This document shows positions 1 through 8,105 of a stretch of 64,000 bases of DNA, one piece after another. The notes under the pieces were generated by a model. It saw nothing but the letters and a program-made list of their open reading frames with translations, did no database searches and had not been told where the DNA came from. Origin of the DNA: Acidobacteriota bacterium (GTDB lineage: Bacteria > Acidobacteriota > UBA6911); NCBI GenBank assembly GCA_963664705.1, contig OY761556.1, positions 6,814,785 through 6,878,784 on the forward strand. The letters run 5' to 3'. Position numbers and translations under genes: made by a program. The number at the start of each line of letters is the position of its first letter. Within the stretch, counting starts at the first letter, position 1.

Positions 1-664
1 GAAGCGCGTGCCGGTGCGCAAGCCGCAGGTGCCGGTTATTCCATTACCCCGGCAGCGAAAACTGGAGCCGCTGCCCGAGCCAGCTCCCCGGCCGGCCCCT
101 CAGCCATCCTCCAAACCGGCGGATGTGCAGGAAATCAGGAATCTGATCGATAGCGCCGTATCCAAGCAGGCTCCCACGGCTCCTGCCCGACCTGAGCTTG
201 TTTCGGTTATAGCAAGCGGACCCGCACCGGCGTCAGCGCCGGCGTTGGAACCCTCGGAAGGGAAGCTGATTTTCCTCTCACGGACCCTTGCGGGGCTGGT
301 GGATTTGATCGTGGTGGTGCTCTGCACGGGCGGATTCATTATCGCGGCCGATTATTTTTCCGGGATTATCGAGCTGGATCACCTGAGCCTGGCGCTGTTT
401 GCTGTCGTATTCCTCATGGTATTTTTTGTGTATTCGCTTTTCTTTCTTTCGGCCACAAACCAGACAATCGGCATGATGATTACCGATCTTCGGGTGGTTG
501 CAGGCAGTGAAACGCGTCCGTCGATCCGGCAACTCCTGGGCCGGTGCAGTGCTTTCCTCCTTTCTCTTCTTTGTGCCGGGATTGGGCTTTTCCTGGGACT
601 TTTTGACCGAGACAGCCTGTGTTTTCACGACCGTGTTTCGGGCACACATGTTGTGAGGATCTGA
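1..664 (+). CDS. RDD-family integral membrane protein with a Pro/Ala-rich N-terminal region; the 5' end may lie outside the window
   Basis: ORF 8..664, and the frame stays open to the window edge. C-terminal half has about 3 hydrophobic helices (LAGLVDLIVVVLCTGGFII, LALFAVVFLMVFFVYSLFFL, AFLLSLLCAGIGLFLGLF) and R/D-containing loops typical of RDD proteins. Confidence 0.55.
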   Translation, partial: KRVPVRKPQVPVIPLPRQRKLEPLPEPAPRPAPQPSSKPADVQEIRNLIDSAVSKQAPTAPARPELVSVIASGPAPASAPALEPSEGKLIFLSRTLAGLVDLIVVVLCTGGFIIAADYFSGIIELDHLSLALFAVVFLMVFFVYSLFFLSATNQTIGMMITDLRVVAGSETRPSIRQLLGRCSAFLLSLLCAGIGLFLGLFDRDSLCFHDRVSGTHVVRI

Positions 665-688
665 CCACCCTGCAGGCAAGACACACCG

Positions 689-1072
689 AGAGCGCCGCCG
701 TCCCGGCGAATGCCGCATGATATTTGCGCTAGGCCCTGCGACGCAACTGAAGCGACAGGCCCAGAGGGCCGAGAGATCGTAGCCGGGGGTGAAGCGCAGC
801 GAACCCCCGGTAGCGATAAGGGGGAGAGAGAGCCCCGGCCAGGGGCGAAAGATCAGCATTCTGCCGCCCCGTCAGGGCTTGATACAGGACTAATTCAATC
901 CGGGGGTTCGCAAAAAGCGCTCACCCCCGGCTGCGTTCTGGCCGCCCCGCTGGGGCTGGGAAGCCTCGTGCTTCCGGCTTCCTTGGGCAAATAATATGCG
1001 GCATTGGCCGTCCCGGCGGCAAAAGGCATAGCCGCTTGCATGGCGCCGATGCCGCCGGGACGGCCGCGCTCC
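689..1072. repeat. MITE-like GC-rich hairpin-module repeat, copy A (near complete, with terminal inverted repeats)
   Basis: Left end AGCGCCGCCGTCCCGGCGAATGCCGCATGATATTTGC (691-727) is inverted relative to the right end GGGCAAATAATATGCGGCATTGGCCGTCCCGGCGGC (985-1020). Internal modules GTAGCCGGGGGTGAAGCGCAGCGAACCCCCGG, GGCCCAGAGGGCCGAGAG and GGGGCGAAAGA...CTGCCGCCCCGTCAGGGCTTG recur at the other loci listed below. Confidence 0.7.
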
Positions 1073-1083
1073 CAATGTCTGAA

Positions 1084-2355
1084 TCAGAATCCCTTTACCT
1101 GGGGGGCGTAGGACGCCGGCAGGCCAAGGACAAATCGCACATTGGCACCCTCATGGCGGATCGCTTCAATGGCATTGTCGTGTTGCAGCGAAAACCCCGC
1201 GGGAGTTTCCTCGGATTTGGGAATATTCGGATATTTCAGCTGCAGCCAGACCTGCATGGCCTGGTAAAACTCTGCCGCTTCCTCGGGGTTGTCCCATACT
1301 GTATTCACCAGTACGGCATTCTTACCTTCTCCATTTTCGAGCAGCACAACCTGATCTCCGCCCCAGCCCGCGGCCGACCTTCGGGATCGCTCTTCGGACA
1401 GGTGCAGATTCAAAATGAGATTGAGCGAAAACTCGCCCAGCACGTTTTTGTAGGCGACTTTCCAGTCGCTGCCGAGCCTCGGTACGAGTGCTTCCGCGTC
1501 CACCTGCTTGGGTTCATCTTTGGAAACAAAATATTTCTCGGGGTGCAGGATTTGTTCAGTGGATGACGGCAGGTCCTTGTAAATCCCGTTAATAAATTCC
1601 CAGGAGCCATTGCGCGCCCAGGCTTTCTGCATAAAAGCGGCGCCATAGGCGTAGGGGAAGAACATTGATTCCTGCAGGAAAGGCGGGGCGGATTTAAATA
1701 CGGGGAACTGGGATTGCATGCCGGCCAGGAGGGTTCGCATGGCCAAGGCCAAGTCCGGCAATTGGGCGAAGGTCCTCTTAGCCGGCTCCAGTGTGTAGTT
1801 GAGCATCACGACCGTAGCATCGCCTTCCAGCAAGGCCTGGTGCGCCATGGATCTGTCGCCATTGTCAATCTTGCGGTCTTCCTTGAGAACCTTGGCTACC
1901 TCGAAGTACTGGTCTTGCAGTGCATGGTCCAGTTCATGCACCATGACGGGCTTCTGTTCCGCGGCTGAAAGCCAGGATGCGATAAAAAAGGTCTTCTTGT
2001 CCGCGTCGTAGAAGCCCGCGATCTGTTCCGAATACAGCTTCAAGACGAAACCTTTGTAATCGATGGTGGCCGGGATGGCTCCAAGGATTCGAAGCAGGGT
2101 GCCCTCCTTCTGCAACTCGCTTTCGTTGTAATTCTCCCGAACCTGCTCATTTAGGTATTGAGAGATCTCTTCCCGATTCTTGACGCCGCGTTCAATAGGA
2201 GCTTTCGGTTGCAGTCCGCGAATGCGCGCGGTGACCTGTACCATCTCGTCCGCCGTCTTAAGAAGGTCAGCCGGACTGATTTCCTGGACCAGGGCTAAAG
2301 CACTCCCGCTCAGCCCGATGATTATCGCCAAATACAGAGCCCATCGAATGCGCAT
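1084..2355 (-). CDS. secreted zinc metallopeptidase-like protein (HExxH)
   Basis: 423-aa ORF with N-terminal signal-like MRIRWALYLAIIIGLSGSALA and an HExxH motif (VMVHELDHALQDQ). No closer family assignment is possible by eye. Confidence 0.55.
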   Translation of the reverse strand: MRIRWALYLAIIIGLSGSALALVQEISPADLLKTADEMVQVTARIRGLQPKAPIERGVKNREEISQYLNEQVRENYNESELQKEGTLLRILGAIPATIDYKGFVLKLYSEQIAGFYDADKKTFFIASWLSAAEQKPVMVHELDHALQDQYFEVAKVLKEDRKIDNGDRSMAHQALLEGDATVVMLNYTLEPAKRTFAQLPDLALAMRTLLAGMQSQFPVFKSAPPFLQESMFFPYAYGAAFMQKAWARNGSWEFINGIYKDLPSSTEQILHPEKYFVSKDEPKQVDAEALVPRLGSDWKVAYKNVLGEFSLNLILNLHLSEERSRRSAAGWGGDQVVLLENGEGKNAVLVNTVWDNPEEAAEFYQAMQVWLQLKYPNIPKSEETPAGFSLQHDNAIEAIRHEGANVRFVLGLPASYAPQVKGF

Positions 2356-2521
2356 GTCGATCTCCCATCGATCAAGTTAAACGTCCGCATGATAATAGTC
2401 GAACCATCCGTTAATTGTCAGCATTTCAAAAACTGTTGCCTGGCCAGGAAACCGGGAGAACCGGCTTTTCGCGGGGTGGCAACCTCGAAAGATTGAAGCG
2501 ATTGATTTTCCAGGTCGGCCG

Positions 2522-2890
2522 ATGCTACAGTTAACCCATATGAATCCGCTTATCCCGTTGTGCGTCATGGCAGTTTTGGTCGGCTCTGTCGCCGTGATGT
2601 TTATTCTTGCGTCCATCTTCCTGGGCCCAAAGAAAAGACATCCGGTTAAAGACACGCCATTTGAGTGCGGCTTTCCGTCCGATGGATACAAGGGATCCAT
2701 GCCGGTGCGGTTCTACATCATCGCGATGCTTTTCATCATATTTGACGTAGAACTGGCGTTTTTGTTCCCATGGGCTGTCGTTTTCCGCTCTCTCGGGCTG
2801 TTTGGATTATTGGAAATGTTCATCTTCTTTATCGTCGTGGGCGTTGGCTTCGTCTACGCATGGAAGATCGGTGCACTGGAATGGGAATAG
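2522..2890 (+). CDS. nuoA: NADH-quinone oxidoreductase subunit A
   Basis: 122 aa with three TM helices and the conserved NuoA core ...PFECGF...RFYIIAMLFIIFDVELAFLFPWAV... Confidence 0.9.
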   Translation: MLQLTHMNPLIPLCVMAVLVGSVAVMFILASIFLGPKKRHPVKDTPFECGFPSDGYKGSMPVRFYIIAMLFIIFDVELAFLFPWAVVFRSLGLFGLLEMFIFFIVVGVGFVYAWKIGALEWE

Positions 2891-3387
2891 AAAATACCGC
2901 TGGCGATACTCCCGATTTCTGCCTCCGGCTTTTACAGGAAAATCTTCCGGATGCAGTCCTGGAGACGATGTTGCCTCAAGGGGATCCTACGGCAGTCATT
3001 CGTCCGGATTCTCTGTTGAAGGTCGTGGAATTCCTTAAAACCGATTCGCGGCTTTTATTCAACGTCCTGATCGACATCACGGCTGTTGACTACCTGGAAC
3101 GGAATCCCCGGTTCGATGTCGTTTACCAGTTCCTTTCGCTCCCCTTCAACCGCCGCGTGCGATTGAAGATTGCGGTGGGCGGGCCTCAACCGGTGCTGGA
3201 TTCCATAACCGCGCTATGGGGCGCCGCCAACTGGCTGGAACGTGAGGTCTGGGACATGTTTGGCATCCGGTTTGCCGGCCATCCGGACTTGAAGCGCATT
3301 CTCATGTATGAAGAGTTCGAGGGGCATCCCTTACGCAAAGATTATCCCATCAACCAACGGCAACCGCGAATTGGGCCGAAAGTCTGA
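2881..3387 (+). CDS. nuoC: NADH-quinone oxidoreductase subunit C (30-kDa subunit)
   Basis: Start chosen at ATG 2881, which overlaps the nuoA stop; the ORF-track start at 2770 lies inside nuoA. Conserved NuoC C-terminus: PRFDVVYQFLS...ANWLEREVWDMFGIRFAGHPDLKRILMYEEFEGHPLRKDYP. Confidence 0.88.
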   Translation: MGIENTAGDTPDFCLRLLQENLPDAVLETMLPQGDPTAVIRPDSLLKVVEFLKTDSRLLFNVLIDITAVDYLERNPRFDVVYQFLSLPFNRRVRLKIAVGGPQPVLDSITALWGAANWLEREVWDMFGIRFAGHPDLKRILMYEEFEGHPLRKDYPINQRQPRIGPKV

Positions 3388-3388
3388 G

Positions 3389-4996
3389 GTGACCGTGGCC
3401 GAAACTGTAGAGCTTACCATCGACGATCAGAAGGTTCAGGTGCCGAAAGGAACGCTGATTATTGAAGCGGCCAAAACGATCGGAATCCGGATCCCGCATT
3501 ATTGCTACCACCCGGGGCTTTCGGTTGTGGGCAGTTGCCGCATGTGCCTGGTCGAAATCGAGAAGAACCCCAAACCGCAGCCGTCGTGTGCAACGCCCGT
3601 GGCGCCGGGAATGGTTGTCCGGACCAAGACGCCGGAAACACTAAAAAATCGGCGCTATGTGCTGGAGTTTCTGCTCTCGAACCACCCGCTGGACTGTCCT
3701 GTGTGCGATCAGGCCGGCGAATGCGAACTTCAGAATTACTATATGGAGCATGGGCTGTACGATGCGCGGTTTGACGAAAATAAGACCAAGCGCAAGAAAG
3801 CCCGCCCCATCGGCCCCTATGTGATGCTGGACCAGGAGCGATGCGTCCTGTGCACCCGATGCGTCCGGTTTACACGAGAGATAACCAAGACGGGAGAATT
3901 GGGCGTTATCGACCGCGGGCATCGAAGCGAAATCGATGTGCTGCCCGGGTTTGAGCTGAACAATCCCTATTCCGCCAACGTGATCGATATATGCCCGGTG
4001 GGAGCTCTGACCTGCCGCGACTTCAGGTTCAAATGCAGAGTCTGGTTTCTGGGGAGCGCTCCCTCTATTTGCCCCGGCTGCAGCCGCGGCTGCAATATCG
4101 ACATCCACTTCAATGAGCGCTTCAACCCGCGCTATCACGACCAGAGAGTTCACCGCCTGAAGCCCCGGTTCAACCAAGAGGTCAACCAGTACTGGATCTG
4201 TGATGCCGGTCGCTACTCCTATCATTCCATTGATGCCGCAAACCGCCTTCGCGCACCTCGCGTCAAACAGGGAGATCAGTTTGTGGAAATCTCATGGACG
4301 GAGGCGATTAAAACCGCTGCCGACGCAATAAGACAGGCCGGATCCAAAAACATTGCATTGCTGGTTTCTCCTCAATTGAGCAATGAAGAATTGTTCCGCA
4401 TCCGACAGCTCTTCAAGGACGGTCTTGGCATCGAGACGATTGAAAGCCAGGTTCCCAATAAAGAGCCGGTCTATTCGGACGATTTCCTGATTACGGCAGA
4501 CAAGAATCCGAATTCCCGCGGCGCGGCGGTTCTTTTCGGCGCAGGGTCGGGCGTGGACCGGCTCCTTCAGCAATGCGCCGCCGGCCAGTTCCAGGTGCTT
4601 TTTGTTTTTCAGCACGACCTTATGGTCGGATACGATTCGGCTCGCGTGCGCGAAGCGCTGAGCAAAGTGAACTGCGTGATTTTTCAGGGTTCGTGGGATC
4701 AGCCGACCGCACAGCTTGCGAGCCTGCAACTCCCTTCGGCCGTTTATGCCGAAAAGGAGGGGACTTTTACTAACGTACAGGGAAGGGTGCAGCGGTTCCG
4801 TCCCGCCGTTCCTCCAATGGGCGAGTCTTTGCCGGATCTGGAAATTGTGGCAAAGCTGGCTGCCGAGCTCGGGATTCCTCTGTCAGGTGCGTCAGCGGAA
4901 GAGGTGTTCCTGGAAATCGGAAAAACGTACAGCGCCTTTGCTGGCATGACATGGCAGACGGTGGGCGCAAGTGGTCAGTTGTTGCAGGTCCTTTAA
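3389..4996 (+). CDS. nuoG: NADH-quinone oxidoreductase subunit G-like Fe-S protein (short, about 535 aa)
   Basis: GTG 3389 lies 1 nt after the nuoC stop. It has the 2Fe-2S ferredoxin motif CYHPGLSVVGSCRMCLVE, the His/Cys cluster HPLDCPVCDQAGECELQ, the 4Fe-4S motifs CVLCTRCVRF...CPVGAL, and then a truncated molybdopterin-oxidoreductase-like region. Confidence 0.85.
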   Translation: MTVAETVELTIDDQKVQVPKGTLIIEAAKTIGIRIPHYCYHPGLSVVGSCRMCLVEIEKNPKPQPSCATPVAPGMVVRTKTPETLKNRRYVLEFLLSNHPLDCPVCDQAGECELQNYYMEHGLYDARFDENKTKRKKARPIGPYVMLDQERCVLCTRCVRFTREITKTGELGVIDRGHRSEIDVLPGFELNNPYSANVIDICPVGALTCRDFRFKCRVWFLGSAPSICPGCSRGCNIDIHFNERFNPRYHDQRVHRLKPRFNQEVNQYWICDAGRYSYHSIDAANRLRAPRVKQGDQFVEISWTEAIKTAADAIRQAGSKNIALLVSPQLSNEELFRIRQLFKDGLGIETIESQVPNKEPVYSDDFLITADKNPNSRGAAVLFGAGSGVDRLLQQCAAGQFQVLFVFQHDLMVGYDSARVREALSKVNCVIFQGSWDQPTAQLASLQLPSAVYAEKEGTFTNVQGRVQRFRPAVPPMGESLPDLEIVAKLAAELGIPLSGASAEEVFLEIGKTYSAFAGMTWQTVGASGQLLQVL

Positions 4997-5041
4997 GTCG
5001 TGGAGCCGTAGCGGTTCTCACGAGGTGCCGGGGATAACGAT

Positions 5042-6127
5042 ATGTGGCTTGATGTGCTCATTGCGTTGATCAAAGCGCTCTTCTTCCTGTCCTGTGTGCT
5101 GACGCTGACCTCACTGCTGACATGGATGGAACGAAAGCAGTCTGCCGTCATGCAGGACCGGCTTGGTGCCAACCGCGCCAGGATACTGGGCATTCAAGGA
5201 TTCGGGTTGCCGCATATCGTGTCGGATGCCCTGAAGATGTTTTTTAAGGAAGACTATGTGCCGCCCGGCGGGGATCGGATTCTTCACACCGCCGCCCCGA
5301 TGGTTGCGCTTTTCTTCGCCCTCATGACTTTTGCCGCGATACCCTTCGGCGATACCCTTCAGATTGCCGGCCACCGAATTGATTTGCAGGTCCTTCCCTT
5401 GAATGTCGGCCTCCTGTTTGTTTTTGCCATGATGTCGCTCGGCATATACGGTACCTTCCTGGCCGGCTTCGCCTCGGACAATAAATATGCATTTCTCGGA
5501 GGACTGCGCGCTTCCAGCCAGATGATCAGCTACGAGATCACCATGGGAGCCACGCTGGTCGGACTCCTCATGATTTTTGGAAGTCTTGACCTGGCGGAAT
5601 TGAATCGGGCGCAAGGCGGCCTGCTCTGGGGCTGGCTTCCGAAATGGGGGATATTCCTGCAACCGGTCGGGTTCCTGCTGTTCGTCGCCGCCGGAATGGC
5701 CGAAACAAAGCGTATCCCTTTTGATCTGCCGGAAGGAGAATCGGAAATCATCGGGTATTTCGTCGAATACAGCAGTATGAAGTTCGGCGCGTTTTTCATG
5801 GCGGACTTTATCGAGACGATTCTCATTGCGGCGATGATCACCACGCTGTTTTTTGGCGGCTGGCAGATTCCCTATCTGCAGCCGGACGGTTTTCACCTGC
5901 CCTGGGGCTCATTCCACGCACTCCCGCATCTCCTGGTTGCGTTGCTTCAGATGGCAGCCTTTGGCCTCAAGGTTTTCTTCTTCTGCTGGTTCCTGCTGCT
6001 GATCCGGTGGACACTTCCGCGCTTCCGCTATGATCAGCTGATGCGGCTGGGATGGAAGTTCATGCTGCCGATTTCGGTTCTGAATATCTTCGTTACTGCC
6101 GTGATCCTTGTATTGATGAAGAAGTGA
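5042..6127 (+). CDS. nuoH: NADH-quinone oxidoreductase subunit H
   Basis: 361-aa polytopic membrane protein with NuoH/ND1 signatures (LLTWMERKQSAVMQDRLGANRA, MAETKRIPFDLPEGESEIIGYFVEYS). Confidence 0.9.
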   Translation: MWLDVLIALIKALFFLSCVLTLTSLLTWMERKQSAVMQDRLGANRARILGIQGFGLPHIVSDALKMFFKEDYVPPGGDRILHTAAPMVALFFALMTFAAIPFGDTLQIAGHRIDLQVLPLNVGLLFVFAMMSLGIYGTFLAGFASDNKYAFLGGLRASSQMISYEITMGATLVGLLMIFGSLDLAELNRAQGGLLWGWLPKWGIFLQPVGFLLFVAAGMAETKRIPFDLPEGESEIIGYFVEYSSMKFGAFFMADFIETILIAAMITTLFFGGWQIPYLQPDGFHLPWGSFHALPHLLVALLQMAAFGLKVFFFCWFLLLIRWTLPRFRYDQLMRLGWKFMLPISVLNIFVTAVILVLMKK

Positions 6128-6130
6128 TTT

Positions 6131-6164
6131 CGGATTCCAGATTTTAGATTCCGGATTCCAGATG
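6131..6164. repeat. degenerate 7-bp tandem array (GATTCCA-like), the left arm of an inverted pair
   Basis: cgGATTCCAGATTTTAGATTCCGGATTCCAGATGG begins 4 nt after the nuoH stop. Its reverse complement is repeated at 8106-8147. Confidence 0.75.
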
Positions 6165-6291
6165 GCATCTGACCTTGGGCCGGAGACCCGATAGGGAATA
6201 GACAGGGGCGAGCGCAGCGAATCCCCGGCCATTTTCTGGCGCGCCTATGATTGTGCAACATGGCCTGTTCAGGTAAAAAGGAAAAGAAAAA

Positions 6292-6364
6292 CTTGGAGTT
6301 TGGGTGTGGAAACCCGGAAGGAGCCCGGAGGGCGACCGAAGGGTTTCTACTCCCAAACTCCAAG
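6292..6364 (+). other. 73-nt extended hairpin in the 5' non-coding leader of the element
   Basis: CTTGGAGTTTGGG (6292-6304) pairs perfectly with CCCAAACTCCAAG (6352-6364). An inner stem GTGGAAACCC/GGGTTTCTAC has one G-U pair, and the apical part contains a GCCC-GGA-GGGC mini-hairpin. Confidence 0.7.
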
Positions 6365-6409
6365 CGCGGATGCACTCGGATAGCACAGTCCTACATATTG
6401 AAGGCGCCC

Positions 6410-7228
6410 ATGATCAATAACACCAACCTTTCTCACTGGAACAGACTCCAAGCGAAGAGCCTTGACGCTCAATTTGTTAATGAGATGATTACCGGCCTTA
6501 ACTGCTCTCCTTTCGAGGCGGAAGCTATTGTAGAGAAAGTTCATGAGGTTTACGTGCCGCTGTTTCAGACGGCGCAGGGACTTAAGCCGGGTCAGATTCA
6601 AGTGGCCGTGATCGATGCTTCGGTAGCGCCTAATGTGCCACTGGCAAAAGCCAAGCAGAGACTGGTAACCCTGACCCTTCATGCAGGTACCGAAGATATC
6701 GAGACTCGAAAAAGGGGATCCGTACCAGCTCTTCGTCAGAAACGATTGTGCCGCATGTGCCAAGAAGCATTTCAGCAAGGGGGATTGTTGACCTTGGAGG
6801 ATTTGGCCAATCTGTTCAATTGCGGCGTCCGCACTCTGGTGAACGACCTGGCGGCCTTGCGCAAACAGAGCATTGTGCCTCCTCTGCGCTCTACGACCAA
6901 GGATATGGGCCGCGCCATCACCCATCGCCAACTGATTATCACGCTCTGGATGCAAGGGCTTGAGTACTCCGAAATCGCCCGTAAGACCAATCACACCATC
7001 GACTCCGTAGCCAACTACGTGGATAAGTTTAAACGCTGTGCAGCCCTGTTTGTTTCTGGATTTGACGTGGATACAGTTGCTCTGATGGTAAAGCTTTCAA
7101 CGCCTCTGACCAAGGAATTTCAGCGTATCCACTCCGCTTGCCACGGGACTCCTCACCGTCTTCGGGAATTGGAAGATTTCCTCAAAAAAAACCGCATACC
7201 AAGCCTGCGCGGGAGGAAACGGTCATGA
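6410..7228 (+). CDS. element ORF-A: double helix-turn-helix protein, possibly DUF1670-like (from memory, unverified)
   Basis: ATG 6410 is preferred over the TTG 6251 start in the ORF track. HTH-like segments are LLTLEDLANLFNCGVRTLVNDLAALRKQ and GLEYSEIARKTNHTIDSVANYVDKFKR. It is a paralog of ORF-B. Confidence 0.7.
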   Translation: MINNTNLSHWNRLQAKSLDAQFVNEMITGLNCSPFEAEAIVEKVHEVYVPLFQTAQGLKPGQIQVAVIDASVAPNVPLAKAKQRLVTLTLHAGTEDIETRKRGSVPALRQKRLCRMCQEAFQQGGLLTLEDLANLFNCGVRTLVNDLAALRKQSIVPPLRSTTKDMGRAITHRQLIITLWMQGLEYSEIARKTNHTIDSVANYVDKFKRCAALFVSGFDVDTVALMVKLSTPLTKEFQRIHSACHGTPHRLRELEDFLKKNRIPSLRGRKRS

Positions 7229-8010
7229 TTGCCCAATCTGAGGCTCAAAAACAATTCGGCTCTGCGCGGAAGCGCTTCCTGCAGTCTTCTATTGAAAATT
7301 TTCTGGACCAGGAGTTCCCTCGCACCTTCGGACCAGTAATTCGCGAGAAAATGGCAGAAAAGATTGTGGCGCTTGTCGACCAACAACTACCTCCCAAGGA
7401 TCATCTGCGCCCTGGACAGTGTGTTTGGAATGCCGTATCCATTGCGACCCGGCCTGACAGCCCCAACTGTCGTCTTGTCCCCATAGTCTTGACGCTTGTG
7501 GATTCTTCGGATGCCGAGCAACTGGCTCGCGGAACACCCATGTCCAGAATCGCCCAAACGTCCATCGCTCGGATTTGCCGTGAAGCCTTTGAACAAGGAG
7601 CCTTGCTCTCGATGCGCGATATTGGCCTCTTAGTCTGGCGAGATAACGCCCACATCTCGCAGGTCCGGAAAAAGTGGGAGGCTGAACAGCAAACATCGTT
7701 GCCTCATGTCGGAACTATTCAAGATTTCGGCTCATGCATCACTCATAAGTCGGTCATTGTGCGCAAGGTTGTTTATGAAGGGAAAGATCCCCGTCGTGCT
7801 GCAGATGAAACCAAGCACTCGCAGAGAGCCGTCGATCGTTACCTAAAAGACTTTCATCGAGTAAGAACGTGCTTCGAACATATCCAAGATGTTGAATTCG
7901 TTATCAAAACAACAGGTCTATCCAGGCAGCTGGTAAACCAATATGTCAGAATCATCATGGAAAATGAGAAAACGTTTCCTAAAGAGAACTTGACAGGCAA
8001 GATTGCTTAA
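7225..8010 (+). CDS. element ORF-B: paralogous double helix-turn-helix protein
   Basis: GGAGG lies 7 nt upstream of ATG 7225, and an ATGA start/stop overlap with ORF-A suggests translational coupling. It aligns with ORF-A: RPGQ.., CREAFEQGALLSMRDIGLL vs CQEAFQQGGLLTLEDLANL; ITHKSVIV vs ITHRQLII; HSQRAVDRYLKDFHR vs HTIDSVANYVDKFKR. Confidence 0.72.
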   Translation: MIAQSEAQKQFGSARKRFLQSSIENFLDQEFPRTFGPVIREKMAEKIVALVDQQLPPKDHLRPGQCVWNAVSIATRPDSPNCRLVPIVLTLVDSSDAEQLARGTPMSRIAQTSIARICREAFEQGALLSMRDIGLLVWRDNAHISQVRKKWEAEQQTSLPHVGTIQDFGSCITHKSVIVRKVVYEGKDPRRAADETKHSQRAVDRYLKDFHRVRTCFEHIQDVEFVIKTTGLSRQLVNQYVRIIMENEKTFPKENLTGKIA

Positions 8011-8105
8011 ACTTCGGCGCTTTGCTCGCCGTTGGTTTGACTGGTTTGGGAAAAATACAATGCCAATTCCGGCAATGCCGGTAAATAGCGGATCCAGTCG
8101 TGGCA

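Larger units (their letters stand above)
6232..8022 (+). mobile_element. two-gene repeat element, copy 1. The span given is the identity block; the inferred mobile core is about 6246-8012. It has no recognisable transposase.
   Basis: The 1791-bp block recurs at 48067-49857 at a constant offset of +41835, with 1 mismatch in the last 10 bp. Every six-frame ORF translation is identical between copies. The flanks diverge to only MITE-level similarity immediately outside the block. Confidence 0.8.

Noticed and set aside
710-994. Short ORFs inside the MITE-like repeats that give recurring peptides (for example 710-994, 22937-23173, 47666-47899, 55992-56219, 59090-59362)
   Set aside because: Their similarity simply reflects the repeated DNA. 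They occur in both orientations and in different frames at different copies, lack RBSs and are interrupted differently in each copy.
6251-6409. N-terminal extension of element ORF-A from the TTG at 6251 (the 325-aa form in the ORF track); likewise the 290-aa form of ORF-B starting at 7138
   Set aside because: The ORF-A extension is translated straight through the 73-nt hairpin, has no RBS and starts inside the putative terminal repeat. ATG 6410 (ORF-A) and ATG 7225 (ORF-B, with GGAGG upstream and an ATGA overlap) are far better starts.
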